DNA of 64,000 nt from positions 76,705 to 140,704 of the forward strand of contig CAKZLE010000035.1 in assembly GCA_937125225.1 (NCBI GenBank), written 5' to 3'. The notes beneath the pieces are model-generated. The model did no database searches, was not told where the DNA came from, and saw only the letters and a program-made list of their open reading frames with translations. Origin of the DNA: an uncultured Spirochaetia bacterium (GTDB lineage Bacteria; Spirochaetota; Spirochaetia; CAKZLE01). A program made the translations under genes and the position numbers. Shown one piece after another: positions 1 through 10,743 of this stretch (position 1 is its first letter; every line of letters starts with the position of its first letter).

Positions 1-1
1 T

Positions 2-373
2 GAATTGGATAATGGTCTTAGATTGACGCTTTCTGAGAGTAATTTCCGAAAAGAGATGGTTACAAGTAAAGACAATAAAGTCTCTTGGCATACAAGGGTC
101 AACTATACCTTAGAAGGGTCTAAGGGGAGTTCTGCTACATCTGTCGATGTAAGAGGTATGACACTCTCAGAGTCATTGGAAAAGATTGAAAGATTTATCG
201 ATTCAGCAATTATCAGTGATTTGCATGAGTTGTCGATCATTCATGGAAAGGGAGAAGGAGTACTACAGAGGGGAATTCATTCATCATTATCTCAAATGCC
301 GCAGGTAAGAGATTTTTTCTTTGCAAAACCTGAAGACGGTGGATATGGTAAGACTTACATCATACTCATTTAG
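2..373 (+). CDS. mutS2: MutS2-type endonuclease, C-terminal Smr domain (5'-partial, gene begins upstream of window)
   Basis: The open frame runs from the window edge. It carries the Smr-domain signature ...VDVRGMTLSESLEKIERFIDSAIISDLHELSIIHGKGEGVLQRGIHSSL...EDGGYG at the C-terminus, and there is no start context at the first in-frame TTG. Confidence 0.7.
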   Translation, partial: ELDNGLRLTLSESNFRKEMVTSKDNKVSWHTRVNYTLEGSKGSSATSVDVRGMTLSESLEKIERFIDSAIISDLHELSIIHGKGEGVLQRGIHSSLSQMPQVRDFFFAKPEDGGYGKTYIILI

Positions 374-416
374 AAAAGTATGTAATAAGTAACGTTCTCA
401 GTTGTTATACAATTAT

Positions 417-3400
417 ATGGAAAGACTTGGATTTGAAGATAAACAACACCTCTTGAAGATAGCCGCAATCGTAGTGATGGTGCTGATACTCATGGTCTTC
501 ATCTCTCTTCCCCTTGATTCTTATCTAGAGAATAGGATACAGGCAATCCTATTCGATGATTTTGTCACTTTATCAGAAGAGACAGGTTACTTCATAGAGT
601 ATGAACAGATTGAAATCGATCTCTTCAGTGCAGTTTCTTTGAAGGGACTTAAGATACTCCATATCGATAGAGATACTCCTATCGTCACTGTTGAAGAGTT
701 AGTTATAACCTATACCCTAAGAGATTTGCTAAAAGGACCATCGAGAAAAGATATGTACTACTCACTCAGTGGGATGGAACTCACTCTCGAGACAGATGAT
801 ATTGAGAATATTCAAACAGCACTTCAGAAATTATTCACTCAGTTCACACCTCAGGATGATTTTTTTACTCATATCTCTGGTACTAACATCAGTGCAGAAC
901 TCAACGATCCGAATAATTTTGAACTCAATGTCGAGTTACCAGATATTTTGTTGCTGCTAGGAAACAAGAATATTTCAGGATCATTAATCGAACCTGTTCA
1001 AATCACCTTTTTTAGTAATGAATTCTCAGATACGATGATGAATTCATTGATGGCTTTTTCCTATGATATCGCAGAGAATCGTGGAGAAGCTGATATCACT
1101 GAAGCAATGTTAACCTATGGAGATATGTTCTTTGAAGAAATTAGTATTGCAGGTGAATTGACTCCCGAACATGGGGGTGCTGATGTTTCTATGCCTGGTT
1201 TACTCTCTCATGTGACTTACAAGTTGGCTGAGAAGGAGCTCTCCACAAAGCTCCTTCTTGATGAATTTGAGATTGGAGATATCATCAAGGTAATAAAGGT
1301 CTCGTTACCTGAACAGTTATCATCTGCTGACCTTCCAGATATATCGGCTGAGATCGATGTGTCTTATGATTTGGATTCAAAAGATTTAACCTATGATGGG
1401 GAACTGTCTGTCGAAAACTTCAAGGTTGGGGACTCTATTGAACTTGGGGCGACACAACTATCGGTATCAGGGTCTGAGAAATCTGTCATAGTACAAGAAT
1501 TTCATACGAGTATTCTTGATTATATCATTGAATTCAAGGGATCTTTCGATGATTATCTGTTCTTCGAACCGACAGGTCTTCTTAAAGTCTCAGAGAAGGA
1601 GAGTTCTTCAACACTCGCAACGATTGATTTTCAGGAGTACAATGATCAACTATTCATAGATATGAGTTCAGATCTTTTGGAAGGTGGATCCATTAAGAGC
1701 TCTGCGGTGATAGATGAGAATAATATCAAGTTGGTAGGAGAGTTCTCTTATGAAAATCATTCGTATGATTTCGATTCAAACCTCGATATTGGGAATAGGG
1801 TATTCTTAACGGATATAGAGAATGGAACTGCTTTGATCCAAGTAGACCTGACAGATTCCCCAATTGTTTTCACCGGTAGTATCCATAATTATCCTTTAGG
1901 AGAGATAGCCTCTCTTGAAAAAGCCCAAATCTCTGGTTCCTATATTGATTTCCAACAGTGGATGGTTGAATTGGAGGATATCAGGATAAGAGATGTGATC
2001 TACAATGATAATGAAGTGATGCTTGATCTATCTACAGTAATCACGCCTGACTCAATTAATCTAAGAGATATCGTCCTAACGGAGAATGAGCAACCTCTTT
2101 TTGGTTCAGGTTCAGTGACTTATGCTTTTGATGATATCTTAAAGCAACCGATGATCATAAATATGGAACTGAGTAATGATGTTGAACGTTTTTTAGTTGA
2201 GGCTAGATATGAAGATCAATGGCTTTCTTCAACGATAGATATCGTAGAGAGCAGATTGACACGACTTCCTATACCTATTGGTAGCGGTTATGCCAAAGGC
2301 TATGTATCTATCAATGGTAATCTTGATGATTTTCTCATCTCAGGGACGATGGAGATCGAGAATGGACGGCGTCTACATTCCTCCTATTCAGGAGATGTCA
2401 AATTTGACGTTACTCCTGATCGATTCAAGATAGACTCATTCACCGGGAATGTGGGAGATGTCATGGTCACAGATCTTGATTTTATCTATGATTTTGATGA
2501 GCAATTCATAGATGCGATCGCTGCGATAGCATTGACTATGGATAGGAGAGATTTTCAAGCAAATCTTATCTTAGGCACCTCGTTAGGGGAATATGATCCT
2601 TCATTGAGTAACTTCAGATCAATCCTTCGTGATGAACAACTGTTCTTTGATATTGCTATGATCGATATGGTCCTTGATGATGAGGTGATCTCTGATCAGT
2701 TCGTAAAGGCTACCTATGATAATAAGACTCTGCATCTATATGATGAGGAAAACCTTGGCTTTGATGTTAAATATCATACAGATGATGGCTCATTCTTTGC
2801 AGAAGTACGAGATAAATATCCCATATCATTCACACTAGAGGGAATCCTAAAAGATGGTGAGATTGATGCTGTGAGTAACGATGTAGAATTGGAATTCTCA
2901 TTATATCAACAATTGGGATTACCATTCCTCACCTTTAATGATGGTTCTGCAACTGGGCGTTTCAATGTGATTGGCAGTCTTGGAGATCTTGAATATTATG
3001 GAGAGTTCTTCGGCAGGTCCTTATCTGCATCAATACCGTATACTCCAGAGGAACTCCTTATTGATGATATCTATATTTCACTTATCGGTAAGGAGATCAT
3101 TTTCGCACCCTTCTATATCAGGACCAAGGATACCGTCAACGAGGCGACATTTAGCCTTTTTATAGATGATATCATACCAACCGGTATGGATCTGAATCTT
3201 ATGATTGCTGATGAACAGGCCGTTCCTATAGATTACGAGTTCAACCAATTCAAAGTGAAGTATATCGGAAGAGGTTCAGGTGATATCTCCTTGAGCGGAG
3301 ATTTCAAGGAACTTTCTATCGTAGGTGATGCTACAGTCTCAGAAGGAATGGTTTCGATTTTGCTCAATGCAGTGAAAAAAGAGTCTCGGAATCCGATTGC

Positions 3401-4322
3401 TTTTGTAGACCTTGTGGTAAATACCGGAAAGAACCTGAATGCAGTCTTTCCAAATCCTGAATTACCGATACTCACTGCAGTTGCTAAAGAGGGTGAACAA
3501 TTGAAAGTACTTGTAAGACATGCACAGAACAAGTTCACTGCAAACGGTGATATAGGGATAAGAGGCGGCGAGATTATATATTTTCAGAAGAACTTCTATA
3601 TTGCCGAAGGAGTGATGAACCTGAACTTTACACAAGATACCATTGACCCTAGGGTATCAGTCATAGCTAAACTCAAAGATTTTGACAGTAATGGGGAGAA
3701 AGTGGATATCATATTATCTGTCGAGGATGATTCAGTATTTGACCTTTCCCCAAGTTTTTCTTCATCTCCATATAAGACGCTTACTGAGATATCACAGATA
3801 CTTGGTAATAATATTATTCCGGATGATATTTCGAGTAATAGTGATATATCTACAGCCCTTGCCGTTGCGACTTTAGCCACTGATGTAATTCAGCAGGTTG
3901 GAATCATTGATATTGACCCTATTGATGATTTAGAGTTATCTATACGTAACGCTTTGAATTTAGATTTGTTCTCTATTAGAACGCAGGTATTACAAAACAT
4001 ATTATTGGATACGATCCCTGGTGATTTCAGCAGTACGATAACCAAGAATCCTATCGCAAGATATTTAGATAATACCACTATATTCTTGGGAAAGTATATT
4101 TCTGATGATATGTTCTTACAAGCAATCATGCAGTTGACAGTTGATGATGACTATAATACAGGTCTATTCATTACTGATGATATAGGATTAGATTTTGAAG
4201 TGAGTTATGAATGGAACAATCCTCTCAATACTCTTACGATTTCTATGGCTCCTGATTCCCTGGCCCTAAAAGACGTTCTTGACAGCGTGAGTATTGGTAT
4301 GTCTTGGAAATTAGCATTGTAA
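417..4322 (+). CDS. tamB: TamB/AsmA-like translocation-and-assembly-module protein (large periplasmic protein with an N-terminal TM anchor)
   Basis: ~1300 aa with an N-terminal hydrophobic helix (IAAIVVMVLILMVFISL), beta-rich D/S/T-rich repeats throughout, and a DUF490-like C-terminus. It sits immediately upstream of bamA, the classic tamB-bamA arrangement. The start could instead be the TTG at 402. Confidence 0.55.
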   Translation: MERLGFEDKQHLLKIAAIVVMVLILMVFISLPLDSYLENRIQAILFDDFVTLSEETGYFIEYEQIEIDLFSAVSLKGLKILHIDRDTPIVTVEELVITYTLRDLLKGPSRKDMYYSLSGMELTLETDDIENIQTALQKLFTQFTPQDDFFTHISGTNISAELNDPNNFELNVELPDILLLLGNKNISGSLIEPVQITFFSNEFSDTMMNSLMAFSYDIAENRGEADITEAMLTYGDMFFEEISIAGELTPEHGGADVSMPGLLSHVTYKLAEKELSTKLLLDEFEIGDIIKVIKVSLPEQLSSADLPDISAEIDVSYDLDSKDLTYDGELSVENFKVGDSIELGATQLSVSGSEKSVIVQEFHTSILDYIIEFKGSFDDYLFFEPTGLLKVSEKESSSTLATIDFQEYNDQLFIDMSSDLLEGGSIKSSAVIDENNIKLVGEFSYENHSYDFDSNLDIGNRVFLTDIENGTALIQVDLTDSPIVFTGSIHNYPLGEIASLEKAQISGSYIDFQQWMVELEDIRIRDVIYNDNEVMLDLSTVITPDSINLRDIVLTENEQPLFGSGSVTYAFDDILKQPMIINMELSNDVERFLVEARYEDQWLSSTIDIVESRLTRLPIPIGSGYAKGYVSINGNLDDFLISGTMEIENGRRLHSSYSGDVKFDVTPDRFKIDSFTGNVGDVMVTDLDFIYDFDEQFIDAIAAIALTMDRRDFQANLILGTSLGEYDPSLSNFRSILRDEQLFFDIAMIDMVLDDEVISDQFVKATYDNKTLHLYDEENLGFDVKYHTDDGSFFAEVRDKYPISFTLEGILKDGEIDAVSNDVELEFSLYQQLGLPFLTFNDGSATGRFNVIGSLGDLEYYGEFFGRSLSASIPYTPEELLIDDIYISLIGKEIIFAPFYIRTKDTVNEATFSLFIDDIIPTGMDLNLMIADEQAVPIDYEFNQFKVKYIGRGSGDISLSGDFKELSIVGDATVSEGMVSILLNAVKKESRNPIAFVDLVVNTGKNLNAVFPNPELPILTAVAKEGEQLKVLVRHAQNKFTANGDIGIRGGEIIYFQKNFYIAEGVMNLNFTQDTIDPRVSVIAKLKDFDSNGEKVDIILSVEDDSVFDLSPSFSSSPYKTLTEISQILGNNIIPDDISSNSDISTALAVATLATDVIQQVGIIDIDPIDDLELSIRNALNLDLFSIRTQVLQNILLDTIPGDFSSTITKNPIARYLDNTTIFLGKYISDDMFLQAIMQLTVDDDYNTGLFITDDIGLDFEVSYEWNNPLNTLTISMAPDSLALKDVLDSVSIGMSWKLAL

Positions 4323-4338
4323 AAATGGAGATTATTTT

Positions 4339-6879
4339 ATGAAACGGGTTTTAAGTGTATTTTTACTACTATTTGTAGCTTTTCAATTTGCCTATGCACA
4401 GGAGGCAGAACCTAATACAGTCGAAGGAAAGGTCATAGAAGCGATCGTCTTCGAAGGTCTCCTTAATGTAGAGGAGAGTGATCTTGATGAGGTCACAAAG
4501 CCTTATATCGGACAGGAATACTCAGAAGAGATTCTCAATAGTCTTCAGGCTGAATTGTATTCTTTACAGTATTTCTCCTATTTTTACGCCTATGGTGATG
4601 TAATAGGGGATAATAAGGATAGACTTAGTATTAAATTCCAGGTCCAGGAACTTCCCTATATAGCTTCTATCACCTTTAGAGATAACAACTATTTCAATGA
4701 TGATGATATTGAGGAGTTGTTAAAGACCAAGGTTGAGTCTTTCTATAGTAATGCAGTTCTCCTAACCGATATAGAGGCTCTAAAGACTGAATATAAAGAC
4801 AAAGGATATATCAATATTGCTATTGAACAGGTCATCGAGACAGATGAAGAAACAAATCTTGTTGAGATTGTATTAGAGATCTCCGAGGGGAAACAGTCAA
4901 AGATCGATTTAATCGAATTCGAAGGTAACACCTTGTATTCGTCCAACTCTCTTAAACGTGTCCTCAATTCAAAAGAACAGTCCCTTTTCAATAAAGGAAA
5001 CTACTCTGAAACTTCGATACAGCAGGATAAGAATGCTATTTTACAATACTATCGGGAGCGTGGTTATATTGAAGCTACCATCATAGATACAAGGATCGAT
5101 ACAAATACTGATGATGAATCAAAAGATCTCATCACATTGACCTTTGTGATCGAAGAGGGGGAACAATGGTTCTTCGGTGGAATCGAAGTTGAAGGTAATG
5201 AAATCTTCAGTGATGATGAGATACAGAAGAATATAAATATCGTAATTGGGGATCCTATCAACATTGTTAGTCTACAGCAGAATATATCAAGCATTGCTGA
5301 CCTTTATTGGAATGAGGGCTATATCTACAATGATATTTCTCCACAGGAAGAGAAGAACGAACGAGATCATACGATCTCTTATACCATCTCTATATCAGAG
5401 AAGCAGCAAGCGTTTATCGAAGATATAATTATCAAGGGTAATGTAAAGACAAAAGATCAAGTTCTGTTCCGAGAACTTGCTATCAAAGTCGGCGATGTAT
5501 TCAGTAAGGAAGATTTTATCGAAAGTGTTCAGAATCTCTATAATACAGGAATCATTGGGAATGTCGATTATAATGTACTATTCGGTTCTGCAGATGGTTT
5601 CATAGTCCTTGAATTTGTTGTTGAAGAGTCAAATAAGGTAGATCTGCAGTTTGGAGCAACCTTTGGAGGGTCTGATGATTTCCCTGTTACCGGTTTCTTA
5701 TCATGGACTGATAAGAACTTTCTAGGGAATGGTCAGGATCTTTCTATCACCACGAACATCGCTTCTTCAACTCAGAGTCTTGATTTCTCTTTCGATGAAG
5801 ATTGGCTTGCGAATCAGCGTTGGAATGGAGGTATATCCTTTGGTCTGAGTCACAATAGCTATGATAGTATTCTACAAGACCTTATTGGAACAAACTTCAC
5901 AGATGATGATTATTATGATGGTATTGCAGTACCTGATCCCTATAACAGTTATGAAGAATATATGGCAGCACTCGATGCTGATGATGAGATAGCTGAAGAG
6001 TATCTTATGGAATATGAACAGTATAAATTGTCGCTTGGGTTTGATACTGGATATACGTTCCATACAGAAGTTGGTAGGATCGGGTTGGGCAGTGGTTTGG
6101 ATTTTGCTCTTACTAAGGTTATTTATGATGATTCACTTTATCGACCATACAATCCTATAATAAGAAATAATCTTGATTCCTGGAACTTTACGAACAAGAT
6201 GAGCCTAGCCTTTAACTGGGATGGTCGAGACCTGATCGAGAATACTACTACAGGTTTCTTATTGAGCGACAGTATCATCTATGCAGGTGGGTTGCTTGGA
6301 GGAACTTCGAGCTACATCAAGAACAGTTTAGGAGCATCTGGGTATGCAACACTATTCAGTTTGAATCAGAATGAATTGAACCCTAAGAATGTAGTATTAT
6401 CACTCAGATCAAATGTCTCACACATCTTTCCTCAATTTTTCAGTTATGGTAGTGGCTTCGGCTGGGAATCACAACCATATGCTACTCAGTCTGAGAAAAT
6501 GTATATCGATGGTATGAATATCGTTAGAGGTATAGATGATCCAATCTATAACTTGGAATTTCTTTGGGATACGACTTTGGATGTCACGGTACCAATTGTC
6601 AAGAATGTTCTATCTGGTGAGATTTATGCTAGTGCAACCGGTTATAAATCAAATGTTGAAGATTCAACAGAACTCAGTATACAGGACTTCTATTTCAGTA
6701 TGGGTGGAGGTGTGAAACTGGCTATTGCAGGATTTCCTCTTGGAATCTATCTGACTAAAGTTCTATCCTTTGATGAGAATAATGATCCTGTATGGCAGGC
6801 TGGTGATATCTTTTCTAATGACAGTAATGATAGTTCCGGATTGAATCTTGTACTTGCTATAACATATAGCCTCTATTAA
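4339..6879 (+). CDS. bamA: Outer membrane protein assembly factor BamA (POTRA repeats plus C-terminal beta-barrel)
   Basis: Signal peptide MKRVLSVFLLLFVAFQFAYAQ, repeated POTRA-like modules (...IEFEGNTLYS..., ...IIIKGNVKTKDQVLFREL...), and a C-terminal Omp85 barrel ending in an aromatic residue (…ITYSLY). Confidence 0.85.
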   Translation: MKRVLSVFLLLFVAFQFAYAQEAEPNTVEGKVIEAIVFEGLLNVEESDLDEVTKPYIGQEYSEEILNSLQAELYSLQYFSYFYAYGDVIGDNKDRLSIKFQVQELPYIASITFRDNNYFNDDDIEELLKTKVESFYSNAVLLTDIEALKTEYKDKGYINIAIEQVIETDEETNLVEIVLEISEGKQSKIDLIEFEGNTLYSSNSLKRVLNSKEQSLFNKGNYSETSIQQDKNAILQYYRERGYIEATIIDTRIDTNTDDESKDLITLTFVIEEGEQWFFGGIEVEGNEIFSDDEIQKNINIVIGDPINIVSLQQNISSIADLYWNEGYIYNDISPQEEKNERDHTISYTISISEKQQAFIEDIIIKGNVKTKDQVLFRELAIKVGDVFSKEDFIESVQNLYNTGIIGNVDYNVLFGSADGFIVLEFVVEESNKVDLQFGATFGGSDDFPVTGFLSWTDKNFLGNGQDLSITTNIASSTQSLDFSFDEDWLANQRWNGGISFGLSHNSYDSILQDLIGTNFTDDDYYDGIAVPDPYNSYEEYMAALDADDEIAEEYLMEYEQYKLSLGFDTGYTFHTEVGRIGLGSGLDFALTKVIYDDSLYRPYNPIIRNNLDSWNFTNKMSLAFNWDGRDLIENTTTGFLLSDSIIYAGGLLGGTSSYIKNSLGASGYATLFSLNQNELNPKNVVLSLRSNVSHIFPQFFSYGSGFGWESQPYATQSEKMYIDGMNIVRGIDDPIYNLEFLWDTTLDVTVPIVKNVLSGEIYASATGYKSNVEDSTELSIQDFYFSMGGGVKLAIAGFPLGIYLTKVLSFDENNDPVWQAGDIFSNDSNDSSGLNLVLAITYSLY

Positions 6880-6896
6880 AGAACGGGAGTGACTAT

Positions 6897-9476
6897 TTGA
6901 CAGGTAATGAGACTCCGATGATGAAACAGTACAGGTCGATTAAACAGGATCAGCAGGATGCGATCCTGTTTTTCCGACTTGGAGACTTTTATGAAATGTT
7001 CTTCGATGATGCGGTTGAAGCATCCCAACTCTTGAATCTTGTCTTGACTGCCAGACATGGGGTTCCTATGTGTGGTATTCCTTATCATGCAGCAAAGACC
7101 TATATACGAAGACTCATAGATGCAGGGAAGAAGGTCGCCATCTGTGAGCAGACTGAACTGCCTAAGAAAGGGAAAGGGATAGTTAACCGTGAGGTAACGC
7201 AGGTCATCACACCAGGTACTAGGATAGATGAAGATTTCCTTGATGATGCAAAAGCCAATTTCATCTGTTCTATTGCGGTGTCTGATATACATATAACCTG
7301 TGCTTTTGCAGATATCTCTACCGGTGATTTCAGGTTGATTGAGACGCAATTAGATACCTCTTTTGATTACCTGAAAAGTATCATCAAAAAAATACAGCCT
7401 ACTGAGTTTCTTGTACAAGAATCCTACTATTTCGAGAATAAGAATTTCAGAGGACTTTTAGAACAATCAGGGGTTCTTGTTAATAAATATCCTGATTGGT
7501 TGTTTTCTGTCTCAGATGCCCATAAGAAGTTCCTCTCTCATTTTAATTCAGTCTCATTAAAACAGTTCGGGATCAATTCTGATGATTCAAGACTCGCACC
7601 AGCAGGAGTACTTTTTGATTATTATAAACAGAATGCGAAAGGATCTTTAGCTCAGATCAAGAAACTCATCAGTATTGATGACAGCTCTTTCGTCATGATC
7701 GATGAATCAGCGCAGAGGAATCTTGAACTATTGAAGAATCTTCAAGATGGGAGTGAGAAATACACTCTTTTTAGTGTCATACGTCAGACGAAGACTGCTG
7801 TAGGAACGAGACAATTAAGAGATTGGATAGTCAATCCTCTAAATTCTGTGAAAGAGATTCAAGTCAGACAGGGGTTGGTGACCCACTTCTATACTCATCA
7901 AATATTACTAAATGACACACGAGAGAGTTTTAAGCAGATTTTGGACCTTCAGCGATTATCAACTAGGATATTGATGGGGAAATCGAACCCACGTGACCTT
8001 CTCGCTGTGAGTCAGTCTGTTTCTGCCTTCTTTAGTCTAATAGAGGCTCACCCAGAACTTGATGAGATGTTCTTTTCAATTGCAGATGATCTATTGATCG
8101 GAGAGGTGAAGAAGATCGTAGAGCATATTGATCAAGCAATCAATAGTGAAATCAAAGGCTCCTTTGAAGAGGGTAGGGTAATCAATGATGGTCATAGTGA
8201 GGAGTTGGATCAGCTTCGATCAATAAAGAATGACAGTAAAGATGTGCTAAATGCCTATCTTGATTCGATCAAGGTCGAAACTGGGATTACCAATATAAGG
8301 CTTAAGAGCAATAAGATCATAGGTTATTTCATAGAGGTCTCAAAATCACAGACCCATCTAGTTCCTGAATCCTTTTTAAGAAAGCAGACTCTAGTGCAAG
8401 GGGAGAGATATACTACAGATGAGTTGATAGAATTGGAACGAACTATCTATAAAGCACAATCACGTAGTGGGGAGTTAGAGCAAGTCCTTTATCAGGAGAT
8501 CATCGATCAGGTGATTGCTGCGATTGACGAATTGAATATGATAGCTGATTGTATTGCAGATATAGATTGTTATCAGTCTCTTGCCTATTGTGCTATGAAG
8601 TATGGTTATAGCAAACCTGAGATTGTCTATAGCAATGTCCTAGAGATAACTGGTGGTCGCCATCCAATAGTAGAATCGATCATGTCTCCTGGAGATTTCA
8701 TACCCAATTCTCTTAGCATCGAAGAATACGCAAAAAGGTCGGCCCTGATAACTGGACCGAATATGTCTGGGAAATCCACCTTTCTAAGACAGACCGCCCT
8801 TATCGTATTGATGGCACATATGGGATCATATGTCCCTGCTGACAGGGCTGTGATAGGAATCACCGATGCAATTTTCTGTAGAGTCGGAGCCTCAGATAAT
8901 CTCGCAAGAGGGGAGTCTACATTTCTCATTGAGATGAATGAGACAGCTTTCATTTTGCGAAAAGCAACTGAGACTTCTTTAGTGATTATGGATGAGGTCG
9001 GTAGAGGGACGAGTACCCGAGATGGATTGTCGATCGCATTCGCAGTTATGCATAAACTCCTTTATTTAAGATCGAAAACTCTTTTTGCGACCCATTATCA
9101 TGAACTAAACTCGTTAGAACATGAGATGTTGCAGAAACTCTATCTTGATATAAGTGATGAACATGGTGAGATTGTCTTCTTGAAAAAAGTAAAAACAGGG
9201 GTTGTGTCCTCTTCTTATGGTCTACATGTTGCAGAATTAGCAGGAATTCCTGCAGATGTTCTACAAATGGCAAGGGCCCACCAACATTCACAAAAACAGA
9301 ACACGCATCAACCTGAACTATTTATTGAATCCTATAATACGAAAGCCGATGATTATAAAGTATCTCATCTTAAAGAGATCGAGAAATTGCTAAAAAGGGC
9401 CGATCCTGATGCAATGACTCCACGGGATGCTGCTCAATTCTTATACGAACTGAAAGATATGATTGAATCAGATTAG
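6897..9476 (+). CDS. mutS: DNA mismatch repair protein MutS
   Basis: N-terminal TPMMKQY...FFRLGDFYEMFFDDA mismatch-binding motif, Walker A GPNMSGKSTFLRQ, and ...DEVGRGTSTRDGLSIA...THYHEL. A GGGAG RBS lies 7 nt upstream of the TTG start. Confidence 0.9.
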   Translation: MTGNETPMMKQYRSIKQDQQDAILFFRLGDFYEMFFDDAVEASQLLNLVLTARHGVPMCGIPYHAAKTYIRRLIDAGKKVAICEQTELPKKGKGIVNREVTQVITPGTRIDEDFLDDAKANFICSIAVSDIHITCAFADISTGDFRLIETQLDTSFDYLKSIIKKIQPTEFLVQESYYFENKNFRGLLEQSGVLVNKYPDWLFSVSDAHKKFLSHFNSVSLKQFGINSDDSRLAPAGVLFDYYKQNAKGSLAQIKKLISIDDSSFVMIDESAQRNLELLKNLQDGSEKYTLFSVIRQTKTAVGTRQLRDWIVNPLNSVKEIQVRQGLVTHFYTHQILLNDTRESFKQILDLQRLSTRILMGKSNPRDLLAVSQSVSAFFSLIEAHPELDEMFFSIADDLLIGEVKKIVEHIDQAINSEIKGSFEEGRVINDGHSEELDQLRSIKNDSKDVLNAYLDSIKVETGITNIRLKSNKIIGYFIEVSKSQTHLVPESFLRKQTLVQGERYTTDELIELERTIYKAQSRSGELEQVLYQEIIDQVIAAIDELNMIADCIADIDCYQSLAYCAMKYGYSKPEIVYSNVLEITGGRHPIVESIMSPGDFIPNSLSIEEYAKRSALITGPNMSGKSTFLRQTALIVLMAHMGSYVPADRAVIGITDAIFCRVGASDNLARGESTFLIEMNETAFILRKATETSLVIMDEVGRGTSTRDGLSIAFAVMHKLLYLRSKTLFATHYHELNSLEHEMLQKLYLDISDEHGEIVFLKKVKTGVVSSSYGLHVAELAGIPADVLQMARAHQHSQKQNTHQPELFIESYNTKADDYKVSHLKEIEKLLKRADPDAMTPRDAAQFLYELKDMIESD

Positions 9477-9499
9477 ACCTTTTACTGTTCAAAACTCAT

Positions 9500-10192
9500 A
9501 TGAGTCTATTTATTAGAGTCTGCCCCATCTGTGGAAATCATATACCTCAACGAACGCCGGTATGTCCGAAATGCTTTCAAAGGATTAAAAGTGAATCCCT
9601 ATATTTATCATTTCTCAATACTTGTAATAGATGTGGTATGCCTTTGTTGGCCAAAGAATTCAGTTGTCCACGATGTAGAGATAAAGAAGATTTAGAAAAT
9701 ACCTGTTTCAGCCAATCCTTCTCACAGTATGAGGGGCTAATAAAACGCGTAATAAAACACTATAAATTCCAGGGAGATCGGACACTCCATATTCTATTTT
9801 GTGATTTGTTCGAATTGATGCTCGAAAAATATAAACAAGAATCTTATACGTTAGTCCCAGTCCCTTGTTCATTGAGTTCCTATAAGAGAAGAGGTTGGGA
9901 TCAGATGAAGGTTATATCAGATGAGATGAAAAGACGGGGTTATCCTGTATTTGAGGCAATATCGAGAGAGAATCGAGATATTGAACTCAAAAAAATGGCC
10001 AAAAGTGAAAGAGATGAAACTATTGATGGATTATATTATCTTGATAAGAAAGAGGTGAGCAGGCCCTCTCAGAGCCTTTTGATCATTATAGATGATGTAA
10101 TAACTACAGGAACCACATTAAGATACATACGAGATATGTTGTATTCAGTGTATGGGGGACAAATAATAGGGATGTCTATCGTTATGGATTGA
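9500..10192 (+). CDS. comFC: ComF/ComFC-family phosphoribosyltransferase with N-terminal double zinc ribbon
   Basis: CPICGNHIP...CPKC and CNRCG...CPRC zinc-ribbon cysteines, followed by the PRTase motif LLIIIDDVITTGTT. Confidence 0.7.
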   Translation: MSLFIRVCPICGNHIPQRTPVCPKCFQRIKSESLYLSFLNTCNRCGMPLLAKEFSCPRCRDKEDLENTCFSQSFSQYEGLIKRVIKHYKFQGDRTLHILFCDLFELMLEKYKQESYTLVPVPCSLSSYKRRGWDQMKVISDEMKRRGYPVFEAISRENRDIELKKMAKSERDETIDGLYYLDKKEVSRPSQSLLIIIDDVITTGTTLRYIRDMLYSVYGGQIIGMSIVMD

Positions 10193-10278
10193 CTAATATA
10201 GCTCTAATTGTTATAAATAGATATCAGATAAACACGGTTTTCTGGAGTCGATTGTTCGGCTCCTTTTTTAATGGGATT

Positions 10279-10743
10279 ATGATAAGAAACGAATTAAAAG
10301 ATAAAGAGCTGTATAAACAATTAGCGCCACTACTTCTCAATATAGGCATGAAGATCATTGAGATCTCTGAATATGAGAAAGATGGACGCTGTACCATCCG
10401 TTTGGTCATTCAATCACAGAATGACAACACCACGATTAAAGATTGTACTTCGGTACATAAGATCGCTTTTCCTCGTCTAGAACTACTGAGAAACTCTCGT
10501 GATGTATACCTTGAGGTATCAACACCTGGAATCCAGCGTCCGATCAAAGATGTAGGTGAATTCAATGCTTTCATTGGTAAGGATGTTAGAATCCTTTCCG
10601 GTGAAGACTGGGTCGATGGATTGCTTCTCCTAGCCGATGAGCAGAAGATCACGATCAAGAAAGCAGAAGATGAAGAGCAGGACATTCTTTATAACACGAT
10701 TAAAAGAGCTAAGCTCGTATACAATTGGGAGGATAAGAAATAA
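10279..10743 (+). CDS. rimP: Ribosome maturation factor RimP
   Basis: Lies immediately upstream of nusA (1-nt stop/start overlap) and carries the RimP core ...YLEVSTPGIQRPIKDVGEFNAFIGKDVRI.... The ORF track extends it to a TTG at 10189, which adds a non-RimP-like N-terminus, so the ATG at 10279 is preferred. Confidence 0.6.
   Translation: MIRNELKDKELYKQLAPLLLNIGMKIIEISEYEKDGRCTIRLVIQSQNDNTTIKDCTSVHKIAFPRLELLRNSRDVYLEVSTPGIQRPIKDVGEFNAFIGKDVRILSGEDWVDGLLLLADEQKITIKKAEDEEQDILYNTIKRAKLVYNWEDKK

Noticed and set aside
6876-7349. 157-aa minus-strand ORF antisense to the mutS 5' region, plus other 60-140-aa antisense ORFs (e.g. 8627-8953, 11432-11857, 23618-23995, 34132-34878)
   Set aside because: Each is fully embedded antisense in a strongly supported conserved gene. 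They have no RBS or start context, and their composition is typical of antisense read-through in AT-rich DNA.
10189-10278. TTG-initiated 30-codon N-terminal extension of rimP
   Set aside because: The added residues (MTNIALIVINRYQINTVFWSRLFGSFFNGI) do not resemble a RimP N-terminus and depend on a TTG start with no SD. The internal ATG gives a normal-length RimP.
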